A stretch of 63,954 nt of DNA, counting the filler, from Sanchytrium tribonematis (lineage: Eukaryota): NCBI GenBank assembly GCA_018985235.1. It is 5 parts of 5 records of this genome, joined end to end, with 100 filler letters (N's around TTAATTAATTAA, not from the genome) between each part and the next. Parts side by side here need not be neighbours in the genome. Positions count along the whole stretch, not along the records: positions 1 to 13,147 come from JADGIG010000200.1; 4 more parts are not named here. One strand, written 5' to 3'. Positions 1-10,392 of the stretch are shown piece after piece. Under the pieces are notes generated by a model. It had not been told where the DNA came from, made no database searches, and was given only the letters and a program-made list of their open reading frames with translations. Made by a program: the position numbers and the translations under genes. The first letter of the stretch is position 1; each line of letters opens with the position of its first letter.

Positions 1-194
1 TGGATTGTAAAAAACGTGAACTGCTATTACGAAATGAATAAAAAATTGTATTTATGTATCTCGAGTTTAAAAGTTGCGCTATAATGCTCAGCGAAACCTT
101 ACAATGTTAAATAACTGATCACGAGGAAACGGATACACTGTACTTGGACAAGAAAAATTTGAAAATAGGATTAGCCGTTAAACTTGAAACCTGG

Positions 195-1896
195 ATGAGC
201 TCGGATGAAGAAGTGTCTATTTTTGACCAGAGTGACATTATCGACTTGGAAAGTTTAACTCAAGAGGAATTATTTAAAATTGAGCAGGATGTATTCCAAG
301 CGATAGTTTTATTTAATCAAAACAAGTTCAACGATGCAATAAAAATGCTTGAAGTTAGAGCAAATCAAGATGGTATTTTTGCTGTTGCGGTAGGCTGTTT
401 ATTATTCATGAGAGCCATAAGTACTTTTAATAAGGACGACATAGATAAAGCGATGGCAGCGTTGGAATTGTCTATATCTGTTGCAAATGCACAAAACACC
501 AAACAATCTTATATTAGTAAATTCACGAGCGTCCTATTCAAGCAAGAAATGCACTGGATAACGGCTAGGTGTTCAACTATACAAAGTGAAGCAAATATGC
601 TTAGTTCATTTTTATTTATACTGCAAGAAAATATGACGGGCCTATTAAAAGCGGGACTTTTTCTAACTAAAGGTGTTAATGGTATAGAAGAAGTTTATAA
701 ATCAAAAGATGTGGAAATGGATCAAAATACTACAGGCGCAGTGAATTTTTGTTTTGGAGCAATCCAAGCGGTAACAGCGTTATTGCCTTCAAGAGTATTA
801 AAACTGATCAGTATATTCGGATATTCAACTAACAAAGATCTGGGATTTGATCTTATGCACCAATGTGAAAGCGGAACTAGTATCTATAAGGAGTTGGCAC
901 CAATTTTTCTTCTTGGTATTCATTGCATATTAATGAGTTTTGCACCCAACACTCAGCAGCCCAGCCAAGTCAAGGCCATGCAAGACAGATTAGATATCTG
1001 CTTATCAAAAAATCCTGATTCAGTATTTTATTTAATTATAAATTCAAGATTTTCAAGAGGGAAAAGAGATTTAAAAATGGCCGCATCAATTCTTCAAAAA
1101 GCCATTGACGTCCAAGACGAATGGATTGGTATTAAGCTCCTTAGTGAATTTGAACTTTGTATGACAAACCTTTTTTTACTTAAGTTTGAAGTAGTATTCT
1201 CAATGCTAGATAAGCTCCAAAAGGAGACTTTTTGGAGCAAAGCTTTCTTCACTTATTGGAAAGGGGCATGTTTAGACATGCAAGATGCTGATGGTATGGA
1301 GCATTATGCTGAATCCTTAACATTTATAACCAGAAAATTTGGGGGTAAGACAATTGCTATTGAGCAATTTGTAATGAAAAGGGTTCAGTTTTTCCAGACA
1401 ATCCCTCAAAAGATAAGAAGACTCTATCTTCCAGGACTAGAGATAGCATATCTCTTTTTGGGATTTTCTTTTATGGGAAAAGCGGAATTAGAAAAGGCAA
1501 TTGTTTTAATTGAAGAGTCTCTGGAAGCGTCAAAGGAAGTGACACACGATTGCAAATCTCATTTGATAAATCATTTGCAATTGCTGCATTGCAGCTGCGT
1601 GCGTAATATTAATTTCATCAATCAAAAATATGATCTTTCTAAACTGGTACTTCTCGAGGAAATTAATGACATAATTGATATGGACTGGCTGAAACCGTTT
1701 AGCGTGTTCGAGCAAGCTCAGACGTTTGTAGATGCCTATTTGCTGAAAAAAGACAAAATGTATCTGGAAAGGGCACAAACTTTGCTTTCAGAAACGGCTA
1801 ATTATAGCGGATATGTTTTGGAATTTCGGTAAAATTCACTAACACAGAGTCAATTTCAGAGTGCAAATGGTCCAAGATCAATTAAAACATTTCTAG
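195..1896 (+). CDS. TTC39/Iml2-family TPR protein; exons 195-1828 and 1848-1896
   Basis: Motifs WSKAFFTYWKG and GKTIAIEQFVMKR; removing the 19-nt intron gives the family-like C-terminus YVLEFRVNFRVQ. ATG 195 preferred over TTG 144. Confidence 0.8.
1829..1847 (+). other. 19-nt spliceosomal intron GTAAAATTCACTAACACAG
   Basis: GT-AG ends, CTAAC branch site; removes an in-frame TAA and restores the TTC39 C-terminus. Confidence 0.85.
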
Positions 1897-1944
1897 AATT
1901 ATTATATTGAGAATAAATATATTTGATATCCTAAGGGGAACACA

Positions 1945-4038
1945 ATGAAATCAAGGGATACTCTCTTAAAAATACAACGTAAATGGTGGGAACCGACTGA
2001 AGCTGGCGAATTTGGAAATATCAAAGAAGCAGAGCAATTATATAAGGAAGAAGTATACAAATTTGAAAAATTGAATAATGCGGGAAAAACGGATGAAAAA
2101 TATTTTAAACATATCGTAAAAGACGGTACATTCAATGACAAAATCACACTATTTTCGCATGCAATTCAAGAATCTCCGCTGCACAATCTTCAAAAATTTC
2201 AAGATTTGCTCAGTATGGCCGGGAAAAAAAATAGAGATCAAGTTAATCGATCGTTAGAGGCTCTTGTCACTATTTTTACTGCACAGGGTGATTACAGCAT
2301 ATTACCGAAAAGAAACTTGAGAGTATATCGCGCTTGTCTTGATATAAAACCAACTACTGGTCAGATTATTCAAGCATATTTTGAGGATAAGCTAAGAGAA
2401 ATATTTTTTGCAATGCTTCAAATTATAGAAGAGTGGCTCAAGGACAATGTCCAAAACTCTAAGCTCCGTATGCTTTCTTTTTTGTATTCTCTGGGGGTCT
2501 ACACCTTTGAACATTCTGAAAATATTATTCGTCTTGTTGCAAACAAGCTGGGTGATCCTGACAAAAAAGTTGCATCCAAGGCTGGTTACGTACTAATTAC
2601 AATCTCAAACGAAAAATCGGCTTTAAAATGGAGTGTCATACGAAATTTAAAGTCGCAAATTTCAAAAACAGATAATATTAATTGCAAGTCTGTCTCTCTA
2701 AATCACTTATCTCAGATAAAATTTAGCCTCAAAGACGACACAAAACTTTATTCAGATGTAATAACAATATATATGGAGATAATGGACGAAGTTATGGGTA
2801 TAAACCCAAATGTGATATCATTTGATGTCAAAGAAAAGGATAAGAAGAAGTTAAGAGTTCCCGATGAAGGACCTGAATTTAAGGTGATTCATTACTCTTT
2901 GACTGGGCTTAAGCGCGTTCTTCCTTACATTGAAAGTACTATGGAAAAAATCGATGACATTTCGAAAGATTTGAAAAAATATGAGAAGTTGCTTTTTTTA
3001 ATTAACCAGCATTCGCCGTCGACGTTAACTTGCTTCCAAACTTTGGGAGTATTAGTTCAATTCGGCCGGCTGATGCCCGAAATTAAGCAGAAGTTGAAAA
3101 AGGCTCTAATTGATATTACAATTGACGCAAAAATCTTCAACACAAAATATCTATCATTATACTTAGAAGTTCTCGAATCTTATTTAAATGATGCTCCCTC
3201 AGATTTGGTTTTGGAATTTGTTAGAGCTCTTTTGTCAATTTCAATCCATTTTGTTGACTCTAACGCAAAAATTCAAGTTCTAGAATTTGTTATCGATATG
3301 TTTAAAAAAGATTTGACCTTCTTCAAGCGCACAATTCCACCACCAAAAGCAAGCGTTCCTAATAGAGAAGATATTGAGAAATTGAATGAAGATTCTCTTC
3401 AATTACATCTCACTGTGAACGACGAACAAGAAATACTTTCTGATGTGCTTCTTTTTGAGATCACAGCTTTAATCAAAGATTACGACCCTTCTATGGCTAT
3501 CAAAATCAAGGAATTACTTTCATTGAACAAACGGTCGATCAGGGAAACTACAAAAAAAACAGAATTTGTAAAATCGGCACCAATTATGTTTTTAGATATT
3601 TTCACCAATAGAAAACAAAAGAAACGCAATGACAAAGGCCATAATGAACTTCAGAAAACTTTAATGTCAAAAAAGCCGTCGGAAATCCGGGTTGATGAAC
3701 TTTATTTATATGAATTCTTCAAAGATAAAAAACCAAAATTAGCCAAATCTAATGACGAAGATGTTGATGGCGAGTCGATTTTGAGTGCTGAAATTGAATT
3801 GCCGAGTGATTTGGACGACAAGGATCTTACTTTTTCATCCTCTGATTCAGAAGTATCTAATGATGAAATTATAGACCATGATATGGATGTTGATCCTTTT
3901 GAGAGACTGGAGGAATCTCTGGGTGATGATAATAAGAAGAAAAAGCGTAAGCTACCATTATTTATGACCCCAGAAGCAATTGAAGAGATAATTCACAAAA
4001 AGAAAAATGTAAAAAGATTAGATGTGACTAAATTTTAA
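1945..4038 (+). CDS. MAK21: Ribosome biogenesis protein Mak21/Noc1/CEBPZ
   Basis: GTFNDKI...ESPLHNL, YFEDKL, ANKLGDPDKKVASKA; acidic/basic C-tail. Confidence 0.85.
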   Translation: MKSRDTLLKIQRKWWEPTEAGEFGNIKEAEQLYKEEVYKFEKLNNAGKTDEKYFKHIVKDGTFNDKITLFSHAIQESPLHNLQKFQDLLSMAGKKNRDQVNRSLEALVTIFTAQGDYSILPKRNLRVYRACLDIKPTTGQIIQAYFEDKLREIFFAMLQIIEEWLKDNVQNSKLRMLSFLYSLGVYTFEHSENIIRLVANKLGDPDKKVASKAGYVLITISNEKSALKWSVIRNLKSQISKTDNINCKSVSLNHLSQIKFSLKDDTKLYSDVITIYMEIMDEVMGINPNVISFDVKEKDKKKLRVPDEGPEFKVIHYSLTGLKRVLPYIESTMEKIDDISKDLKKYEKLLFLINQHSPSTLTCFQTLGVLVQFGRLMPEIKQKLKKALIDITIDAKIFNTKYLSLYLEVLESYLNDAPSDLVLEFVRALLSISIHFVDSNAKIQVLEFVIDMFKKDLTFFKRTIPPPKASVPNREDIEKLNEDSLQLHLTVNDEQEILSDVLLFEITALIKDYDPSMAIKIKELLSLNKRSIRETTKKTEFVKSAPIMFLDIFTNRKQKKRNDKGHNELQKTLMSKKPSEIRVDELYLYEFFKDKKPKLAKSNDEDVDGESILSAEIELPSDLDDKDLTFSSSDSEVSNDEIIDHDMDVDPFERLEESLGDDNKKKKRKLPLFMTPEAIEEIIHKKKNVKRLDVTKF

Positions 4039-4045
4039 TAAATAC

Positions 4046-4600
4046 TTAAGATAACCAATTTCCAAATAAATGATAAAAGGTGTGCATTGCTCGAAGTTTT
4101 AGGCCTTCAATTGAATTCATTCTTGGCCTGACATCAACAAAAATGCTATTAAAATTATCAGAATGTTTTCCCTTGTAAAAATCTAGATAATATTCTATGT
4201 CTCTATTAGACTGAGAGACCTTCCAGATATGAACGTCGAATGGCTTCTTGTATCCTAAAATGTAGTGGTTCCATAAAGCTTTTGGAGTCATGTACAATGG
4301 CGTTCCTTGAAATTCTTTTAGAATTGGCTTTTCTTTATAAATTCGAAAACTTTCCCATTTTAAGACCTTTTGCCACGCCATTTCGTTGACTGTATTGTGA
4401 ATGTGAACGACTTGATTCATGTCTTTTTTATCAATAGTATTGTGCTTTTTCTGCAGTGCTTTGTATAATTGACTTTCACTTGGGTAATTCCAACTTTCAT
4501 CCTCATTTTTCAAAATACTGGATGTTTCTTTTTCCATAGATAAGCCCTCAACAGGCGTTTTTGCAAACTCTTCATATTCTTTGTGAGACGGACATCCCAT
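4046..4600 (-). CDS. HCCS: Holocytochrome c synthase (cytochrome c/c1 heme lyase)
   Basis: N-terminal CPxH, WNYPSESQ, IHNTVNEMAW, PFDVHIW, DVRP. Confidence 0.92.
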   Translation of the reverse strand: MGCPSHKEYEEFAKTPVEGLSMEKETSSILKNEDESWNYPSESQLYKALQKKHNTIDKKDMNQVVHIHNTVNEMAWQKVLKWESFRIYKEKPILKEFQGTPLYMTPKALWNHYILGYKKPFDVHIWKVSQSNRDIEYYLDFYKGKHSDNFNSIFVDVRPRMNSIEGLKLRAMHTFYHLFGNWLS

Positions 4601-4649
4601 TTACGATAACGTGAAAAAAGGAGCAATTAATTGAAATAAATTTATTCAG

Positions 4650-4844
4650 TTATCTAGATGTTGCATAAATTGGAGTATTTGGCGGAGCAGGTGGAGTAAT
4701 TGGCATCCTTCTGAAGGTAGCAGAGAGTGGCATGTTTGGGGAAATTGCAGCAACTTCTAAGCAGGAAATATTTGCGGATAATGGTCCCTCTTCAATAGGC
4801 AACTCTGTATGGACGGATAAAGAAAGTGATTTAAAGTTTCGCAT
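4650..4844 (-). CDS. Small Pro-rich hypothetical protein
   Basis: 64-aa ORF in an otherwise unexplained gap; stop followed by AATAAA on the minus strand; no recognised domain. Confidence 0.35.
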   Translation of the reverse strand: MRNFKSLSLSVHTELPIEEGPLSANISCLEVAAISPNMPLSATFRRMPITPPAPPNTPIYATSR

Positions 4845-5206
4845 TGGAGTATTATGGTGCCAAAAGTTGGGAATGGGGGAATTTATCTAATCTGTTGTGT
4901 CTTAAAACCAATCAATTCGAGTCACAGGATCTGTGTTTGACAATTGAAGACCTAAGCTCAGATCAATCAAACAATCTTGGTGTGACCATCTGTTATGCTA
5001 TGAACAAAGTCAAACTCCTGTTAAATCTACAAAACTATTAAAATTATAAAATATATTCTAAAATCCACTTCATATGCCAACATTTTTTTCATACTGAATA
5101 AATTACTGCTACATGCATTGGTTCACCAGTGGTGGAATTTTTGCTTCAACTGTGGTATTGATATTCCTATGTAAACTTTTGGCTTGAAACAATTTGAAAT
5201 TTTTAA

Positions 5207-5863
5207 ATGAACAAAAACCAAAAAATAAAAATTGATCCAGCTCGGGTCGAAGAAACCTTCCAATGGATGGAAGAAGTGCTTGGAGAGAAGCTTGAGCATG
5301 ACCTTCAATCCACTTTAAAAGATGGAATCGTGCTTTTAAAGCTGATGTCAAAAATCACTGGAAATGAATACAAAATTGAAAAATCTACCCTTGCCTTTAA
5401 ACAAATGGAAAATATAACTCGGTTTTTAAACGAGGCCAAGAAAGTTGGCGTACCTGACATGGAAATATTTGTCACTTTAGATTTATATGAGGCAAAAAAT
5501 TTAAACAAAGTCATTGAGTGTATTGGTTCTTTAGCCAGAAATGCCCACCAAAAAGGATATTCAGTGCCGCTGTTAGGTCCTAAATTAGCAGATGCCAATG
5601 TTCGCCATTTTAGCGATGAAAAATTGCGTGAAGGTCGTGCTGTATCCAGCTTTCTAACAAGTAATGAGAGAAGTGCTCAATACGCTATGGAAAGGGCTGG
5701 TGGTGAGTTGATTCCTCAACCCCATATGCCTCGACAAGTTGCAGATCAAAGGGTCGATAAACCTATTAGTTCCGAAATGTCGCAATTAACAAACATGCAC
5801 GGCCCTCAGCAAGATGCTGGGGCTTTTGGAAAAAGAAGGGAAATTGGTGGAGAGTATAAATAA
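5207..5863 (+). CDS. Calponin-homology protein (transgelin/Scp1-like)
   Basis: LKDGIVLLKL, AFKQMENITRFL, IFVTLDLYEAKNL; calponin-repeat-like C-terminus. Confidence 0.88.
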   Translation: MNKNQKIKIDPARVEETFQWMEEVLGEKLEHDLQSTLKDGIVLLKLMSKITGNEYKIEKSTLAFKQMENITRFLNEAKKVGVPDMEIFVTLDLYEAKNLNKVIECIGSLARNAHQKGYSVPLLGPKLADANVRHFSDEKLREGRAVSSFLTSNERSAQYAMERAGGELIPQPHMPRQVADQRVDKPISSEMSQLTNMHGPQQDAGAFGKRREIGGEYK

Positions 5864-5867
5864 ATAT

Positions 5868-8279
5868 TTAATTTTTGTCTCTAATTATTTTTCTTAATTC
5901 ATTGGCAGCAACTTCTAATAGTTCCACTCTATCTTGAGCATCGATCTGGCTTTCCACTTTAGTATTCTCCCCGATTAAATCTCTTGAAATATTTCTGTAT
6001 TTAGAAAATACTCGGTCCTCAAGCTCGAATGGCAATCTTGTGTAGGTTTCAAGAACAAGATCTAACCAAATGTATTTTGCAGTTATTGAGGACATTTGTG
6101 TTGCTAAGGCAAACAAAAATGCTTCAGGGCAATATATTGATTCTCTTTTCGTTCTCATTATGGGATTTAATGATTCATCTATTAATAAGGTATCCGATAT
6201 GGGGGTGTCATCATTTTCCTTGGAACTGTTAAACCAGGAAAACCAATTATTTGGGGCAGAATGATAGAGAGGGGTTAAAGGACCTTTGCAGGCCTTACTT
6301 GAGATTACGTCAACTCTCGCTTTAAGTAATTCTGCCCTTGATTCGAAATATAAAGCTTCCTGAACTAATTTGTATTCATCAGTATCAAGATTGTTCAATT
6401 GACCAGTAGTCTTTAGTTCTTTTAATAACGTAGGGAATTTCCACCTCCCAAAATGATTTTGAATAGCATAGTAATTGTCCCATGAGTTTTTCATTTCACT
6501 TTTCAAAATACTCAAGGATTGTTGTCGACTATTTTCCCATATATCGCCCACTTCGCTTCCAATGTGCTCACTTTTCCAAGGTTTGAGAATATGCTCAATT
6601 TGATCTACAGTTCTTAACAATCGCTCTTTCACAACATCTTCGATACATTTATCGATGTCCATTATAAGTTCGGGATGATGTTGAAATGCTTGTAAACTGC
6701 GGACTCCCAATTCTTTACTCAGTTGTTCGTGTACACTATGAGTCGCTAATCTTCCAATACCGGATTTCGTCAATAATGAGGCCGCATTTAAAAGATTATT
6801 TACCCAGTAGTCCGAACCGTCTATATTTCCTATATTTTCATCTGTGAAGTAAGTGTTTTCTAATATTTGGAGCATTTTCAGGTTAAGCATTCCCTGTATA
6901 TCATGAAGAACTCGTTCTTCATTATATCGTCTGACAGTTTTACGAATATGATGTTTAATTTGGTCGTGAAGGGCATCAATGTAGCCCTGCGGGGTCATTC
7001 GAGTATCATGGAATTTAACATTAAAAGAGTATTTTTCTTTATCCAATTCACCTAAAACTTTTGAGAGTGTTACTTCTGAGTAGGATTTCATGGAGCTAGT
7101 AAGTATTTCTACAAGGCGGGAACGCAGAGTGTCAATCCCGACCTCGTGGTCGGGAAAAGTTTTTTGTTTGAGTAAAGTAGGATCACCGGGTGGACAAACA
7201 ACTCCAATATATCCAAGCCTCAACGGAAAATTCTTGTTGCCCAAAATATTCGCTGCCATTTGCGGTTCTACCCTATCTAGTTTTGTAATAACTCCCAGGG
7301 TTCGTTTGCCTTCTGGGTCAACACGTTTTGCAATTCTCAAGGAATCAGAATTCGCAAGATCAACATCGGCTGCAGATACAGCTAGTATTATATTTGGAAA
7401 TTGAACATACTTTTCGCATAAATTTTCTATGCCATCTTTTAAAGAAGGTGGTTGATCCTGTGAAACCACACGAATATAGCCTGGTAGATCTATCAGTCTA
7501 AGGTCCGGGACGTAAGGGGAATGAATTGTCAATTTAATTGGTTTTGCGTTTTCCATTTGGTCAATTGAAACAGAATTATTCAAGGCCGATAATGTGTGAG
7601 ATATTTCCTTGAAAGAACTTATTTTTCCTAGATCCGTCATATCATCAAAAGTTGCAAATACATCATTCCCATTTATCAATGTAAGTTCTAAAGGCCTTTT
7701 GGTGACCATATTGTTGCCTTTAGGTAAAAATTCGTGACCAATAATACTTTCAAGCACTGATGATTTCCCACTACTCTGACTTCCGATAACAACTATAGAG
7801 GGAAGTTGTATATCAGCTCCAACCCCGACTCCATTGAGCTTTTCCAAAATACCCTGGACATTTAGTAACTTCTTAATCAATGGATTGAATTGTTCATGAG
7901 GCTGAGACTTCATTAAAATATTCTCCGCAAGAACTTCAAATTCATCAGCATTATCCAACATATCCATATCATCTTTTAGAGTTTCTACAACTCCAGTCTT
8001 CCAATTGTCAAGAGCTTCTCGCAAAAGCTCCGGAAAATGATCTTCGTCGTCATTTAACGATACAGCCATGGACTGCATTTTATCACTCAAATGTTCTTTC
8101 ATATTAAATGCATGCTGTTTAGTATTTTGGTAAGCGGAAGATATTCCTTGGGAAATCTTACTATATAAATGATGGGTTTCTGATCCAACATATGTCGCAA
8201 ATCCTGCACCACTCGCAGTACCAAATATAAGTGTGTATTTACCTATTTTTGCAAAGCTTTTTAAATGCCACATAAGCAT
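5868..8279 (-). CDS. MGM1: Mitochondrial dynamin-related GTPase Mgm1
   Basis: LPSIVVIGSQSSGKSSVLESIIGHEFLPKGNNMVTKRP, DLPG, TKLD, LTKSGIGR; N-terminal presequence/TM. Confidence 0.93.
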   Translation of the reverse strand: MLMWHLKSFAKIGKYTLIFGTASGAGFATYVGSETHHLYSKISQGISSAYQNTKQHAFNMKEHLSDKMQSMAVSLNDDEDHFPELLREALDNWKTGVVETLKDDMDMLDNADEFEVLAENILMKSQPHEQFNPLIKKLLNVQGILEKLNGVGVGADIQLPSIVVIGSQSSGKSSVLESIIGHEFLPKGNNMVTKRPLELTLINGNDVFATFDDMTDLGKISSFKEISHTLSALNNSVSIDQMENAKPIKLTIHSPYVPDLRLIDLPGYIRVVSQDQPPSLKDGIENLCEKYVQFPNIILAVSAADVDLANSDSLRIAKRVDPEGKRTLGVITKLDRVEPQMAANILGNKNFPLRLGYIGVVCPPGDPTLLKQKTFPDHEVGIDTLRSRLVEILTSSMKSYSEVTLSKVLGELDKEKYSFNVKFHDTRMTPQGYIDALHDQIKHHIRKTVRRYNEERVLHDIQGMLNLKMLQILENTYFTDENIGNIDGSDYWVNNLLNAASLLTKSGIGRLATHSVHEQLSKELGVRSLQAFQHHPELIMDIDKCIEDVVKERLLRTVDQIEHILKPWKSEHIGSEVGDIWENSRQQSLSILKSEMKNSWDNYYAIQNHFGRWKFPTLLKELKTTGQLNNLDTDEYKLVQEALYFESRAELLKARVDVISSKACKGPLTPLYHSAPNNWFSWFNSSKENDDTPISDTLLIDESLNPIMRTKRESIYCPEAFLFALATQMSSITAKYIWLDLVLETYTRLPFELEDRVFSKYRNISRDLIGENTKVESQIDAQDRVELLEVAANELRKIIRDKN

Positions 8280-8454
8280 TGACTCCTTGTTAGATTCAGT
8301 AAAATGTCAATTGGTTTTATTTTTAAGTAGTCATAAACCAATCTGAATTCAATTTATCGCAAAAATATCTATCGACCAATTTGTGATAATATACTTGCTT
8401 ATTCATTTTCAATTTATTTTCTTTCTTTCTTACATAGCCCCTTGACTCAAAATT

Positions 8455-9384
8455 ATGGGAGGAAATGCTTTAACTAAATTAGGCATAGATGCTAGGCGCA
8501 TAACTAGGGACGAATACCGCATTTTGACTAGCGAATTATTGAAAAAGATACAAGATGGCGGCTATTATCAAAATATAGCTCTTCCAGAAGTATTTCCAAC
8601 AAAAGAATCTTTTGGGGACATTGATATACTGGTACAGGGCAAAGTAAAGGAGTTTGGCATATCGACCAAAGGTCATACAACAAACGGAAATGTACATTCA
8701 TTTGAATACAAAGGAGTTCAGGTAGATTTAATTGAAATTAAAAATTCCTTAAACATGGCAAAATTTATATATTCTTGGGGAGAATTTGGTCAGTATTTGG
8801 GCATGAATGCAAGAAAATATGGGTTTAGAACATCCTGTGACGGATTATTTATTCGCGACAAACCATTTTTTTTATCATCAGACCCTCAATCCATCATGAA
8901 ATTTTTCGATTTAAATATTAAAAGATATGAAGAAGGATTTACTAATAGCAAAGAAGTTCATGAGTTTTTTTACAATTCCAAATATTTTTGTGGATTGAAA
9001 TTCAAAAAACGCGAGAGATACCGCGATGTGGTCTTAGAATACTGTGATTTTGTTGAAGAAAAACAAGTCGCAAATAACGTCATACCTTTTCAGCAGTTGA
9101 ATGAATATAACATTTTGCTTCAAACTTGCATTAGCTATTTTGACAAGCAAAAAGAATTTGATAACGCAAAAATAACCGAATTAAACAATGAAAAATTTAG
9201 AAAGGCATTTAACGGAGACAAAGTCAAATCTATAACTGGATTAGATGGTAAAAACTTGGGCAACTTTATGCAACAATTTCTCGAAGTTTATGATAAAAAG
9301 ACAATTTCCGATAAGGCGGATCTGGAAATAGAAGAATTAATAAGAACTATGAATGACAAATTTAATTTAACTAAAAATTTATGA
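8455..9384 (+). CDS. Pol-beta-superfamily nucleotidyltransferase of the MGGNA-start type
   Basis: MGGNA start, KESFGDIDILV (G-D-x-D), third Asp in QVDLI. Confidence 0.7.
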   Translation: MGGNALTKLGIDARRITRDEYRILTSELLKKIQDGGYYQNIALPEVFPTKESFGDIDILVQGKVKEFGISTKGHTTNGNVHSFEYKGVQVDLIEIKNSLNMAKFIYSWGEFGQYLGMNARKYGFRTSCDGLFIRDKPFFLSSDPQSIMKFFDLNIKRYEEGFTNSKEVHEFFYNSKYFCGLKFKKRERYRDVVLEYCDFVEEKQVANNVIPFQQLNEYNILLQTCISYFDKQKEFDNAKITELNNEKFRKAFNGDKVKSITGLDGKNLGNFMQQFLEVYDKKTISDKADLEIEELIRTMNDKFNLTKNL

Positions 9385-10315
9385 TTTTGCTCGTTTTTAA
9401 AATTTTGGAGTTTTTCCTCTTCAATTGTTTGTTATTCACCATCATTATGGTGTTGAATTCAGAACTGACATTAAATACCGCACTTCCTGAGGGTGTTCTT
9501 CTCCTGTACAACAAAATATCAGATTCATCCTTAAATAAAAAGACGGATTTAGCATACTCTACATAATCATTCTCATTCGTTTTAGAATTAATTGAAAATA
9601 GACATTTTAAACTGTAGTAGACTTTCTCATTTACAGGTTTTTTCGAAGCTTTGAATAATTGATTTAGATGAAAAGTAGGTAATTCTGAAATTGGTGATTT
9701 GCTTTCGATATACAGGTATCTGATAGATGACAGATACGCGTCACTAATACAATTTACCGGGAAGTGGAACATTTGATTTAAAGGAAGGCCTTTATATGAA
9801 ATAGCTCTCTTTATTCCAAATTGAAATTTAATAAATTGAACATATTCGTAACTGCTTGCTTCTTTTGATTTTTGGAACAATCTTCTTAAATCGGGAATAA
9901 CACCTGTATCGATTCGAACTCCAAATAAATGTCTCAAATTCGGAACGTCCTTAAGTTTTGAAGAATTTTTCCGAAAAAGATGCTTGAAATAGACAGAATT
10001 TTGAGATTTGGCAATATTTTGAGTAGCAAATAAATATCTGACACATTTTAAATAATTGTAAGGAATTTCAACATTGATGTCTTCCTTTGACATAATCTTT
10101 CGCAATTGATCAGCTATACCCGAGTCGACAAACCCAAGGCTCGTATATCCTGTCCATGAGATTTTGCTGGCAAGAATTTGGTATTGCTCAAATCTTAATT
10201 TTATTTCATGCTTCACTTTGAGTAACTCGATTTCAATTTCATTGAAAAGAATCATAAGTCTCGAAGTTAAATATACTGATTGTAATCCAAAAGGGTCTTC
10301 AGAGACCACCTCCAT
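9371..10315 (-). CDS. Hypothetical protein (314 aa)
   Basis: Long ATG-initiated ORF with upstream CCC motif; no recognised domain. Confidence 0.6.
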   Translation of the reverse strand: MEVVSEDPFGLQSVYLTSRLMILFNEIEIELLKVKHEIKLRFEQYQILASKISWTGYTSLGFVDSGIADQLRKIMSKEDINVEIPYNYLKCVRYLFATQNIAKSQNSVYFKHLFRKNSSKLKDVPNLRHLFGVRIDTGVIPDLRRLFQKSKEASSYEYVQFIKFQFGIKRAISYKGLPLNQMFHFPVNCISDAYLSSIRYLYIESKSPISELPTFHLNQLFKASKKPVNEKVYYSLKCLFSINSKTNENDYVEYAKSVFLFKDESDILLYRRRTPSGSAVFNVSSEFNTIMMVNNKQLKRKNSKILKTSKIINF

Positions 10316-10392
10316 TTGAAAATGGGTAATTTTAAAATTCGAATCATTTGACCTGTGCTATTATTTTTGAGACATTGTGACGAGTCTGAAAT

